Source: Sphyrna mokarran (Eukaryota). From it: a stretch of 64,000 nucleotides of DNA. Positions 48,790-61,394 of the stretch are shown here, piece after piece. A program made the translations under genes and the position numbers. Under the pieces are notes generated by a model that had not been told where the DNA came from, made no database searches, and worked only from the letters and a program-made list of their open reading frames with translations. Each line of letters starts with the position of its first letter. Within the stretch, counting starts at the first letter, position 1. The stretch spans positions 130,014,001-130,078,000 of the forward strand of contig JAGIQG010000006.1 in the NCBI GenBank assembly GCA_024679065.1, given 5' to 3'.

Positions 48790-49718
48790 GATATGTTAAA
48801 GTGGCAAGCCATAGGAAGGTCTGCGTCCTGCTTGTAGACAATTTGAAGGTGTTCAGCAAAGCAGTCATTCAGTCTGTGTTTGGTCTCTCCAATGTAGAGT
48901 AGATTGCATTGGGAGCAGCGAATGCAATAGATCAGATTGAAGAAGGTGCAAGTGAACGACGTGTTTATGACGTGGAATGGTGAACAGGGAGGAGATAAAG
49001 TGCAGGTGTTGCACCTTCTACAGTTTCATGGGAAGGTGCCATGGGCAGGTGATAAGATATTAGCTGTGATGGAGGAATGGACCAGGGTGACCCAGAGAGA
49101 GTGGCCCCTCTGAAATGCTGATAGAGGGAGTGAGGAGAGGAGTTGTTGAGTGGTGGCATCATGCTGGAATAGGAGGAAATGGCGGAATATGATCCTTTGA
49201 ATGCAGAGACTGGTGGGGTGAGAAGTGAGGGCAAAGGGGACTCCATTCTGGTTCTGGGAGGGAGGGGAGGGACACAGTTAAGAGCTCTGTCAACCACAGT
49301 GGGTGAAAGACCACGATTGAGGAAGAAGGAAGACATGTAGGTAGCACCATTGTAGAAAGTGGCATCATCAGAACAAATGCAGTGGAAGCAAAGGAACTGA
49401 GAGAATGGAATGAAATCTGTACAGGATGGGGGTGTGAAGAGTTATAGTCAAGGTAGTTGTGGGAGTTAGTGGACTTTTAATAGGTACTACTGGACAGTTT
49501 ATCACTACAAATGGAGACAGAGAGGTCAAGGAAAGGAAGTGTCGGAGATGGATCATGTGAAGTTGATAGAGGGGTGTAAATTAGAAGCAAAACTGATTAA
49601 ATTTTTCCAGGTCCTGATGAGAGCACGAAGTGGCACTGAAATAGTTGTTGATGTTCTGGTAATGGAGTTGTGCTGTCAGACTTGCTGAGATTTTCCAGCA
49701 TTTTCTGTTTTTGTTTCA
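48790..49718 (-). mobile_element. Penelope-like element fragment: RT thumb, Cys linker, GIY-YIG endonuclease, inverted terminal-repeat piece
   Basis: Minus strand: IPFSQFLCFHCICSDDATF; NCRRCNTC; FTCTFFNLIYCIRCSQCNLLYIGETKHRLNDCFAEHL...LPMACHFN. 49671-49718 (+) CTGAGATTTTCCAGCATTTTCTGTTTTTGTTTCA matches family B at 11518-11551. Confidence 0.88.
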
Positions 49719-50074
49719 CAACATCTGTGTTCCTCTAATAAAGTGGTTCTGAAACTCTTTAGAACAACTCTTTTGCAATCCATAATATAAACTACACAGG
49801 ATTTCAAGGAAATTAGTTTTCTTATTTCTCCAAATCCCTATTGTCTTCCTAATTTATCAAAATTTTGTTGTGTATGGAATTTAGATTCATCCTTATCTGC
49901 AACCTTATGCTTCCAGTTGCAAAATTGCGGGAAGAGTGTTTTGGTGCTGGACAAGATGTGACAATATTCCATTTATCTTAGTCTGGGCATTGGACATCTG
50001 AATAACGTGTAAAATGTGATGATGTTTGCACTGAAGACTGAGCGAAGATATTATTAAATATCTTGATCTGATTT

Positions 50075-51790
50075 AAGAACATAAGAACATAAGAAATAGG
50101 AGCAGGAGTAGGCCATCCAGCCCTCGAGCCTGCCCCGCCATTCAATAAGATCATGGCTGATCTGTAGTGGTTCAGTACCACTTTCCCAGTTTCTCCCCAT
50201 AATCCTTAATTCCCTTGTCAATTAAAAACCTATCCACTCTTGACTTGAACATATTCAGCGAGGAAGCCTCCACCACCTCATCAGGCAGACAATTCTAAAG
50301 ATTCACCACCCTTTGTGTGAAGAAACTCCTCCGCAACTCTGATCTGAACTGCCCCCCACCCCACCCAATCTTGAGGCTGTGTCCTCTAGTCCCGCTATCT
50401 TTACTAAGCGAGAAGAGTCTCTCAACCTCTACCCTATCCATCCCCTTCATTATCTTATACGTCTCTATAAGATCCCTTCTCAACCTTCTAAACTCCAAAG
50501 AGTACAAACCTAGCCTATTCAGTCTCTCCTCATAATCCAACGCCTTCATCTCCGGTATCAGCCTAGTAAACCTTCTCTGCACCCCCTCCAAGGCCAATAT
50601 ATCCTTCCTCGAATGCAGCGACCAAAACTGCACACAGCACTCCAGCTGCGGCCTCCCCAGCACCCTATACCCGATAGGACTCTTAATAGTGTTGATGAAC
50701 AGAGGGATCTTGGTGTATATGTGCATAGATCCCTGAAAGTTGGCAATCAAGTTCTTAAGGTTGTTAAGAAGGCATATGGAGTCTTAGCTTTCATTGGTAG
50801 GGGGATTGAATTTCGGAGCCGCAACGTTATGTTGCAACTGTACAAAACTCTAGTGCGGCTGCACTTGGAGTATTGTGTGCAGTTCTGGTCACCGCATTAT
50901 AAGAAAGATGTGGAGGCACTGGAGAGGGTACAGAGGAGGTTTACCAGGATGTTGCCTGGTATGGAAGGCAGGTCTTATGAAGAGAGGCTGAGGGATTTGA
51001 GGTTGTTTTCTTTAGAAAGAAGGTGGCTAAGAGGAGACCTTATTGAAACATATAAGATGATTAGAGATTTAGATAGGGTGGACAGTGATAGCCTTTTTCC
51101 TAGGATGGAGAAAGCTAGCATGAGGGGACATAGCTTTAAATTAAGGGGTGTTGGTTATAGGACGGATGTCAGAGGTAGGCTCTTTACCCAGAGGGTGGTA
51201 AGGGTATGGAATGCCCTGCCTGTGTCAGTTGTAGATGCCCCAAGTTTGGTAGCGTTTAAGAGGTTAGTAGATAAGTTTATGGACGAAAAGGGAATGGTTT
51301 AGGTTAAAAGGTCATTGCTTTTTTCCTAATTGGTTGGCGCAACATCGAAGGCCGAAGGGCCTGTTCTGCGCTGTAATGTTCTATGTTCAATGTTCTATAC
51401 AGCTGCAACAGAACCTCCCTACTTTTATATTCTATCCCCCTCGCTATAAAGGCCAACATTCGCCTTCTTGATCACCTGCTGCACCTGCAGACTGTGTTTT
51501 TGCAATTCGTGCACAAGGACCCCCAGGTCCCTCTGCACCATCGCATGCTGCAGCTTTTCACCATTTAAATAGTAATCCTTCCTACCATTATTCCTACCAA
51601 AGTGGATAACCTCACACTTGCTAACATTATACTCCCTCTGCCAGGTCCTCGCCCACTCACTCAACCTATTCAGATCCCTCTGCAGGCTTTCCACACCCTC
51701 CACGCAATTTGCTTTTCCACTCATCTTCGTGTCATCAACAAATTTCATCACCCTGCACTCAGGCTCTTCCTCCAGATTGTCTATGTAAAT
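50075..51790 (-). mobile_element. CR1 (minus) split by an antisense CR1 of another subfamily
   Basis: Tail (AAGAACAT)n at 50075; host pieces 50075-50670 and 51389-51790 (KFVDDTKMSGKANCVEG...). Confidence 0.92.
50671..51394 (+). mobile_element. CR1 3' fragment inserted in CR1
   Basis: ORF 50613-51302 RTLNSVDEQRDLGV...LEYCVQFWSPHYKKD; tail TGTTCTATGTTC; CTATAC occurs at both junctions. Confidence 0.92.
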
Positions 51791-53160
51791 TCATTTATTA
51801 TTGTCATTTATTAACATACAGTGAAAAGTATTGTTTCTTGCGCGGTATACATACAAAACATATTGTTTGTAGAGAAGGAAAGGAGAGTGTGCAGAATGTA
51901 GTATTACAATCATAATTAGGGTGTAGAAAAAGATCAACTTAGTGCAAGGTAGGCTCATTCAAAAGTCTGACAGCAACAGGGAAGAAGCTGTTCTTGAGTT
52001 AGTTGGTACGTGACCTCAGACTTTTGTGTCCTTTCTTCAAAGGAGGAAGGTGGAAAAAAGAATGCCTGGGATGCGTGGAGTCCTTAATTATGTTGACTGC
52101 TTTGTCGAGGCAGCAGGGAGTGTAGATAGACAGAGTTAATGAATGAGAGGCTGGTTAGTGTGATGTATTGGGCTACATTCATGACTTTTTGTAGTTCCTT
52201 GTGGTCTTGGGCAGAGCAGAAGCTGTGATACAACCAAAAAGAGTGCTTTCCATGATGCATCTGTAAACATTGGGGAGAGTCACAGCTGACATGCCAAATT
52301 TCCTTAGTCTTCTGAGAAAGTAGTGGCATTGGTGGGCTTTGTTAACTATAATGTCGGCGTGGGGGGACCAGAACAGGTTGTTGGTGATCTGGACACCTAA
52401 AAATTTAAGCTCTTGACCCTTTCTACTTCATATTCATTGATGTAGACACGTTCTCCTTTATGCTTCCTGAAGTCAATGAAATCTTCATTTTGTTGACATT
52501 GAGAGAGATATTATTGTTGCTGCACCAGTTCTCCAGATTCTCTATCTCATTCTTGTGCTCTGTCTCGTCACTATTTGAGATCTGACCCACTACAGTGGTG
52601 TTGTCAGCAAACTCGAAAATTGTATTGGAGAGAAATTTGGCCATAAATCATGTGAATAAGAAGCATAGTAGAGGCCTGAGAACACAACCTTGTAGGATAG
52701 CAGTATTGAGGATGATCATGGAGGAAATGTTGTTGCCTGTCCTTATTGATTGTGGTTTGTGGATTAGGAAGTTCAGGGTCCAGTCACAGAGAGAGGTGCC
52801 AAAGCCCAAGTCACCCGATTTGGAGCTGAGTTTCGTAGGAATAATGGTGTAGAAAGCCGAGCTGTAGTCAATAAATAGGAGACTAACACAGGTCTCCTTG
52901 TTATCTAGGTGTTCCAGGGTTGATGCAGGGCCAGGGAAATGGTGTCTGTTGTGGACTTGTTGCAGTTGTAGGCAAACTGTAGTGGATCCAGGTAGTCCGG
53001 GAGGCTGGAATTGATTCGTGCCATGACTAACTTTTCGAAGCACTTCATAATGATGGATGTCAAAGCCACCGGCTAATAGTGATTGAGGCACACTGCTTAG
53101 TTTTTCTTAGGTACCGGGATGATGGTCATCTTCTTAAAGCAGATAGGGACCTCAGATTGT
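51791..53160 (-). mobile_element. Rex1/Babar-type LINE RT fragment
   Basis: [76 protein letters not shown]. Confidence 0.9.
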
Positions 53161-53960
53161 TGTCCAGGATTTTAAAGAAAATAGGCCAGCTTAACTTTAT
53201 GTTCCAGTCTTGATTTTTTACTACAGCCTTAAGAAGCGGGCATGGGATTACGGTCTGAAAAGGTAAATTGAATGGATACTTTGAAGTTAGTTATTTTACA
53301 CAGCGCTGATGAGAATTTGGATGGGCTACCCGAAGAGACATTGGTGGTAAAACTAAGCTCAGATTCTTCAGATCTTCCAGAATCAAATCAGAGCTTTATC
53401 TTTCGGGAAGAAAACTTTTGGTGGGGTAAAGTGAAAGGAGCTAGTGAGCTCAAGCAGAACCTCATCTCTGATAGAGGATAGTTTCTAGTCAACTTGGAGA
53501 AGTGCCATTTGGATTTTTTCCAGGACCTTGCCTTTACAGGATTCACACTGCAGATCGTGCTGGTGTGAATACTTTTGCCAAAAGGACAGAATTATGAAAT
53601 CCAGAAACAGCTGGTGATATTCTGACTGAACAACAATGTTACAGCAAAAGTTCTGGACCATTGGGGTTTTGAAATTAACTCGCTGCCTACTGGGACCCCT
53701 TGGGAGCTCATTTAAATTTTGCATTTCACAATCCAGTAACCAAGAGGAACTCTTTCTAAAATGTTTGAATTTTGTGTCCAGTGTGTGGGATGCCCATGTG
53801 GAAGAATGAACGTTTTCCTGTCAGGTCTCCAGTGTTGGTGGTAAACACTTCGGTTTGAGATATAGCTTAGTGAGATACATTCTTATTCTGTTCCAGCAAT
53901 GTAAGTCTGACATCGACTCGGAGAGAACTTCCATCTGCACCACTGTTACTTTGATGAATG

Positions 53961-54235
53961 AGGGTAGCACAGTGGTTAACATCGACCCTGGTTCGATTCC
54001 TGGCTTGGATTACTGTCTGTGTGGAGTTTGTACGTTCTCCCTGTGTCTGTATGAGTTTCCTACGGGTGCTCTGGTTTCCCCCCTCAGTCCAAAGATGTGT
54101 TGATTAGGTCCATGGGCCATACTAAATTCTCCCGTAGTGTACCCGAACTGGTACTGGAATGTGGTGACTGGGGGATTTTCAGAGTAACTTCACTGCAGTC
54201 TTAATGTAAGCCTCCTTGTGACTAATTAATTAATT
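53961..54235 (+). mobile_element. HE1/V-SINE-like SINE
   Basis: GGTAGCACAGTGGTTAAC...GGTTCGATTCCTGG (B box)...TGTGGAGTTTGTACGTTCTCCCTGTGTCTG. Confidence 0.85.
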
Positions 54236-55034
54236 AATACATAAAACTGAGGAGATATCATATTTCAAATGATTAAAAAAGGTCTGGCAGTGCTTTTCCA
54301 GAAATTGGCAAATGGCAATGATAGGTGGGAAAAGTGTCGTTGAAATCGCCTTTCCCTGCTTTATAGTGCTGTATGTGAAGAAAGCTCCAAGTGGCACATC
54401 CCACAACATAACACTGGACGGATGGCCTCTGATTTGCCCATTCTGCCAGCAACCTAATTGCCTGAAGATTGAGGCTCCGTTTGTGAAGGTTGCTGCAGCA
54501 CAAAGAAGGCCCCAGCATGAAGAAGACCCCATCTCCAGCACAACAACCCCTGGCACTGTAGTGCCTAGGCATGACTTCCTTCTCATCTGACCAATGCATT
54601 TACCTGAGGTCTGCTCGCCAGCTGTACACCTTGGGAGACCAAGTCATTCACTCCATTCTGCCCTTGAGTCGATGTGAATGGATTTTCTGATGCTGCGGGG
54701 TCGGGGGGAGGTTAATTTAGGTGTAAGGGCCTGATAATTAGATGTTAATGTATTCAAATGATAAATGTCAGAAATAAACCTATGTCATTGTGAGAGAGGA
54801 CAACATTGTCACGCTTTCGCATCAGAGAGAAGTTTGATTTCAGAGCTCTCCAGAGATGCTTCCATCCAATGCTGAATCTGCCTGACAGAAACAGAAATGG
54901 AAAATCCCAGTCCCAATGTCAATATCCATGGATTTTAACAGTCACTTGAATTATTGCTGACTGTGCATAACCCAACTGATCAGATGAATGGACTGATTGC
55001 ACAGTCCAACCATCCTTGATTATTGTTCAAATTT

Positions 55035-55340
55035 TTAAAAGTTTATTTATTAATATCATAAGTAGACTTACATTAACATTGCAATGAAGTTGCTGAGAAA
55101 ATTCCCTACTTGCCACATTCTGGCACCTGTTCGGTACACTGAGGGAAAATTTAGCATAGCCAATCCATCTAACCAGCACGTCTTTCGGATTCTGGGAAGA
55201 AACCAGAGCACCCAGAGGAAACCCACGCAGACATGGGGAGACTGTGCAAACTCCACACAGACAATGACCCAAGCCAGGAATTGAACCTGGGCCCCTGGCG
55301 CTATGAGGCAGCAATGCTAACCACTGTGCCACTGTGCTGC
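55035..55340 (-). mobile_element. HE1/V-SINE-like SINE, near full length
   Basis: Reverse complement of the element type at 14143, including head and AATAAAC tail. Confidence 0.88.
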
Positions 55341-58300
55341 TTTATGAAAAGGTCATTGTGAATTTCTTTTCGTCTTTGGTAATTTTATTTCAGAGGGTAT
55401 GTAAAATTCAGGCCATGTCTGTATTATTCAGCTAGTGAGGAATGACTGACAATACATTCAGATCTTCGAAGAAGTAAACTTGTTGCTGGGATGAGGACAA
55501 AATGAATGGTTAGTGGGCCTGCTGATGCCTCAGGAGATGAGGGTCTATGGTCACAGGCAATTTGTGTTTCATATCCTTTAGATGAATGACATTGTTCTTT
55601 AATTGTAAAAGGTTTTGATTTCCTTTGACTCAGTTTTATGTGGAAAGTGATTCACCACTGATCTGGAGCAGTTTTTAGTTATTCTTTACTTGCCAACAAT
55701 TAGTTGATTTGGGCTGGTGCAGAATGCTCCAGGAGCACTCTGCATTATTGAGCCTTGGAATAACCATGTTTTTGCCACAATCTGTTGAGGTTTTGAATTT
55801 ATTATTTCCAAAAGATCTGATGAATCTACACATGTTCTGTAATCTGATAAAGTCTTTTGATACTGTGCAATTTTTATTTTTGAAGGACCGAGTCATAGAT
55901 TGTAGCTGACGGAGTATTTACCCTTCCTGTGAGGTGGGGAAGTATAACAAAACTGGATTTGTGACATTTCGAGTGAGGTAATTACGTCAAAAAGTTGGTC
56001 TGTTACACCCTGGGGCATTTCCAGATATTGTGCATATAAGGTCAGATTTTGGTTTGTCGGGAATGAGAGCTGTACTCGTGCAGTGTTGCTTGGCACTCAA
56101 CACAGAAGTGATGTCTGGCGTAGTCTGAAAAGTTTACACTTCTCACATTATCATTCTGTGGCCCTGAGTTGGAGTGCTCATTTAATGTGCTCAGTGATGA
56201 ATTTGAGGCAGTTTTGTAATCATTGGTCCCATTGGCTGTAGAGACTGAAGCCAGTCAGAGTTATTTCATACGGAGCCTGGATGGCTGGCAAATTTGCATC
56301 TTATAAAACCAAACTGGATTTCTGCACAGATCCGAGAGGCCAGAATGTAAACTGGTAATGATTAAAAGCTAACACCAAAACGAGTGTGTTTGCTAGTCAT
56401 TTTGGACACATTTACCTGGTTTTTGTTCAGTGGTTCAAGTGGTTAAAATGTGGGGCTAATTCTGTTAGAATGTTAAATTATTAATAATATTAGGGATTTC
56501 TGGCACAGAATTCTGGCATAATAATTCAGAGCCAGGTGCAGAGTTTGACAGGTGTAGGGAGTACACTAGTACAGGGAGGATACAACTGCATGTGGGGAAT
56601 TTCGAAGGAAGGATACAATTAAAGGGAAGTGGCATCACAAAAGCGTGACAAAAAATTCTGGAAGCATTTTGAAAGACTCAAAAGAAAGCACAATCTCTTG
56701 GTAACCTTTGCCAAGGTTAAAGGGATGGGGAATTGAGAATTGAAGGGAAAGGACACTCCTATAGTAAATAACAGAATAACACAATCCCTGATGCGTTATT
56801 TGACATATACTGAAATTCCACGTGAACTGTTCAAATGAACATCAGTCTTTGTACTACTCTGTCCTCATAAATTTGTATTGTGCTGGCCCTGAAACAATGC
56901 AGACATAAGTTTGAATGTACAACCACCCTCTCTGTCTGTGTCAATCCTATAGTGCACATGCTCAGTGTGTTTCCTTGTCTGAGATGGCATAACCAAGCAT
57001 CCACTCTCAACTGATGCACAGCCTGTGAGGACAGTTAGCCAAGTCCATTGCAGGTAGATGCAGTTAATCAGCCTTTTAATTGTGATTACTCTTGCATGCC
57101 GTCTCCCTTGTCACAAAAAGAGTGACAAGTCTCAACTGAGTAGTTCCTGAAGAGCCCATAGTCAGGGAACACCATCACCTGCAAGTTCCCCTTCAAGACA
57201 CTCTCAGTCCTGACTTGGAAGTCTATCGCTGTTCCTTTGCAGTTGCTGGGTCACAATCCTCCTTAATGGTGTTGTGAATTAACCCACAGCATGCAAAATG
57301 CAGCAATTGAAGAAGACAGCTCACCACCATCTTCTCATAGGCAACACGGGATGGGCAATAAATGCTAGCCAGCCAGCAATGCCCATATTTCATGAAGTAA
57401 TTGAAAAAGCTTCATATGACCTGTCCCATTGGACCTACTATCACCAGCTGTTTTCAGCTGCTGTGCATACTAGTCAACAAGTTGTTATTTTCACTTCTGT
57501 CTGTATGCACAAGAATATGGGCACACACACACAGGCACAGAATGTCCCTTATTCAGTCGACCTCGCTGACATCCCCTTTGGTGGGGTTCTCTTGTTCTTC
57601 TAAACCTTTTCTTTGGAAAACTCACAGATGCCAGTGGTACCGGTGCAAACAGTTCAAAGCAGTTGGCACAAAGAGAAATGATAACCTGCAAGTGTTTAGT
57701 AGATTTACACAGAGCAGCACACAATTGAGGATAGCCTATTTATGAGAGTGTTTTGGAAATGTCAAAATTGGCATGGACACATGGACAAGACAATAGAGGC
57801 ATTATTCATTCACTTTCATCCTCTGCTGGCAAAGATTCAGCTAAGGTGAAAGGAAGATGGAGAGAGTGTGAAGAGAGAAGGTGGGGAGGATCAAGAGGTG
57901 GAAAAATATCGTTAGAAAAAGGTAGCTGATCTGATAACATTGATTTCACTGCCTCTAAACCTGTTAACTTGATTGAGTGAACAGAGTGCGCACAGATTCA
58001 TAAATAGCATTTTTATTTTCTCACTTTAGCAGCACGGCTGCTTTCTCTCTCCTCCAGCCCGCCACTTTCTTTTCGGTCCAAAAAAGGTTTTGCAATATGG
58101 AATTTATTCCAGTTAGCAGTATACTGCTTTGAAAAGTTTATGTAGCAGCCGGGAACAATCAGTTGCAGCACTCTGATGGTTCAGTGTTGTGCCACCATGA
58201 TTGGCCAGTGGACAAAAAATAAATAAAAAGAATTTGATTTTCTGATATGCACTGATATAGATCACGATTTCCAGTACATTACATGAATACAGCTGAAAGT

Positions 58301-59289
58301 TATTTGAAGCCTCTTTTTCACAAAAGTACCAAATACCTTGTAGAAAAGTAGGGCACTCAGAATTAGAGTGGAATGACTGAATATGTCTCATACTCTTAAA
58401 ATGGTTGGATTCCGATTTGTACCTGGTCCTAGCCAACCTTAAAACATTTCACTGTTAATGTGCCATGCTAGATTTCAATAAAGGTTGTGTTAAATATCTA
58501 TTTTTCCTAGTTTTTGAAATAAGCATAAAATTAAGATTTTAAATTAGTTGGTAGAATAACTGGCTTATTTTGCTACATGCAAGTTTCTGACATTCATCAA
58601 AAGTTTTTGAGGTTAATCCCAAATTGCAAATGGCTATTTGTTGAAGCACCGAAGGACAGAGTGTGCACAGGGTGACGAGCAGCAGAACTGGCAGCATTCC
58701 AAGTGCTAACAGGCTCACTTTTCTTCTAAGAAGAGTTCTGTGGGGCTGGAAGGAGCTTGAATGGCCTTAAAGCTCCATAATTTTCTTCTGGTGGCTGTTG
58801 GTCCATCAACATAGACCCTGAAGTCTGCTCTGAACCTGCAAGCTGGGCTATGCTGTGAGTTGCGAACAGGAAAGTTCAAAGGTGTGGTGATCGAACTGTC
58901 ACTGGCTGTTGCAGTTTGATTTTTGGTGTAAAGGTTCTGTTGATTGAGGCCTTAGGGGCCTCGGCGTTGATGTCAATGTGCTGAGATTTGGAGATACAAT
59001 CAGCAATTGCCAATTAGGCTCCAGTAAATGATAGAAAGAAATTTAAACAATTGTTTAAAAGAATCTAAACAACACAGCACTAAAAAATGAGAAGCGGAAA
59101 TAACTTAAAAAAAACCTTGTGCACCCTTAAGAGAATCACTGCCCAAGGAGTTCAGCATAAACTGACTCAAAACAGACAAATAGCACCGTCCTCTTGAAAT
59201 TGAGCTCACTGATTTTAAATATTTAAAAATAAATCCTCTGCTCTTCCTGAAGCAGAAATTTGTAAGAGTCAGCTGGAAAATTGTAAAGT

Positions 59290-59480
59290 AAAAGAATCGG
59301 CTGCCATTGGTGGTGGTCGAGGCGAACTCGCTGGGGTCTTTTAAAAGACTTCTGGATGAGTATATGGGATCCATTGGGATTGGGGGTTATAGATAGGTCT
59401 ACGGCTGGGTAGGTTTTTGATGTGTTCGGCATAACTTGTGGGCTGAAGGGCCTGTTTGTGCTGTAGTGTTCTATGTTCTA
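59290..59480 (+). mobile_element. CR1 3' end
   Basis: GGCTGCCATTGGTGGTGGTCGAGGCG...GGGCTGAAGGGCCTGTTTGTGCTGTAGTGTTCTATGTTCTA. Confidence 0.75.
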
Positions 59481-61394
59481 ATCAAACTAGAAATGGGCCC
59501 CAAAACTGAGACTTACCAATGTCTCCATGATGGCCATTAATGTGAGGCACATCCGTCAATGTACCAAATGGTACATAGTTCCAAAGGCTGAGCTATGCTA
59601 TATGGGATTGTTGTAATATTCATGCCATGTTTACTCATGGAAAACAACCCTGACTTCATATGAAAATGAAAGTTGAATTATAATGTCTGGCTTGTCTGAT
59701 TTTTTTTCAGCCTCCCCATCACATTTTTTCACCCAGATCTTCCTAGTTGTTGCTCACTTTTGAGATTTAGTACAGGAAATGTTGCTGCAGTCCTCACCAA
59801 GCAAAAAAAAATTTTGCTTGGTGTCTTGTACTTTTGTTATATTGCTAGAATTGCTATTCGCTGTATCTGCGTTGACTTATAAAAGGTCTTGCTAGAATAA
59901 TATAATATTTGGCAGTAATCTTGTTTAGGTTCTTGAGCTGTGTCATGACAGTATACTTGATGAGAATAATATATAACAGACCACACTTGAATTGCTAGAT
60001 AATGAACATCACTTCTGTAAGGGACAAGTGAGGACATTTTTCTTCAATGCGGAGGAGGGACATGGAGGTATTAAGACTAAAATTCTGAAATAAAGTTGCG
60101 CTGTGCAATATGTGACCCACTCGTAGCTAATTGGGAAGCCAGATGTGATTAATTGCATTTTTGATTAAATAAACAGCAAGTAGTAGAATCTCTTATTGGT
60201 CATAGGGTCTCAATACTCATATTTCTATGGATTAATTGTATCTGTAAAATGGTAAGCTGAAAAGCAACATGTACAGGTTTATTTATCATTTTGAGTGCTT
60301 TACCTCTTTGGTTACTATGATTTAATAAAAGAAAAGGTGTATGATATTACTTTTAATATCACAAAAACCCAAATAGTGACCCAAATGGACAAGGGGAAGT
60401 ATGGTTGTGCTGAAGTTAACCACTTGGAATAGTTGCCGCAGTCCAGCAAAAGCCCACCCAATAATGAAAAGTTCCAAAAGTGTCACTATGGCAATGAATA
60501 ATCAGCACCCAATCACATTCTGGAGGACCTGGACTCTGGGATGAGGAGAGAGAGTAGGATTTAGGAGTGTAAAGAGAAGATCTGGAGAGTAAGAGGGAAT
60601 AGAGGAAGTGCAAAGAGATGTCAGAAGGGTGAATGGGATTGGTCTGGAAGGAGTACGTAGGGAGGTCAGGCAAATGAGTAGGTGGAAAGGGTTTCGAGGA
60701 AAAGTCATGGGGAGTGTCTTGAGAGAGACACTGTCTGAAAGGTCTGAAGAGAGAGCATGTGGTCTGAAGGCAAAGCAGAAAAAGGGTCTGGAGGAAACAA
60801 GCAGAATGTGTGAAGGGAGAGCAGGCAGGCAGATTGCGGAAGGAGAGTGGTTCAGGAGGGGCTTGGAGAGAAAATGCGGAAGTGTCCCAAGGGAACTGAT
60901 GGTGAAGGTCTAGAGGGGGAGTGGGGTATTTGTATGTTGCCTCATTGTGAGTTAATACTTCCGACAGCCAGTTTGATGAAATGAAAATCCCAACTGCAGC
61001 CACTAGACACCGGAAGTAAACTGCACAAAATCACTGAAAAACAAAGATTTATTGGGACAAATATGTTGGGGCTTTTTTCTCTAGAAAAGAGAAGATTAAG
61101 AAATGACTTGGTGAAGGTTTTTAAATTATGAAATATTTTGATGGTGTAAGAAGTATTTTTGACTTGGGAAGAGCAGAATTAGAGGGCAGCAATACAAGAT
61201 AGTCGCCATGAAGTCAGATATGTGTGTGTGTGCATGCGCAATGGTTTGTTGATCTCAGGTGGGATTTTCCAGCTTTGGGGCGAGTATGGCTGCAAAATCT
61301 CATCCTGTGATGCAATGACTTGCTTTTCCTGTCACCCGACTGTGGCACTTGCTCTGCTCTGGATCTGAATTTTGTGCTGATTCCAGCTCATCCA

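Noticed and set aside
50075-53160. Rex1-CR1 chimeric retrotranscript formed by template switching
   Set aside because: The Rex tail microsatellite continues on the far side of the CR1 (TTGATCTGATTTA at about 50062-50074), so a simple insertion into the tail explains it.
28992-59009. Exact 16-mer ATACAATCAGCAATTG shared by two unique regions (28992 and 58994)
   Set aside because: About one such match is expected by chance in 64 kb of AT-rich DNA, and the flanks do not align.
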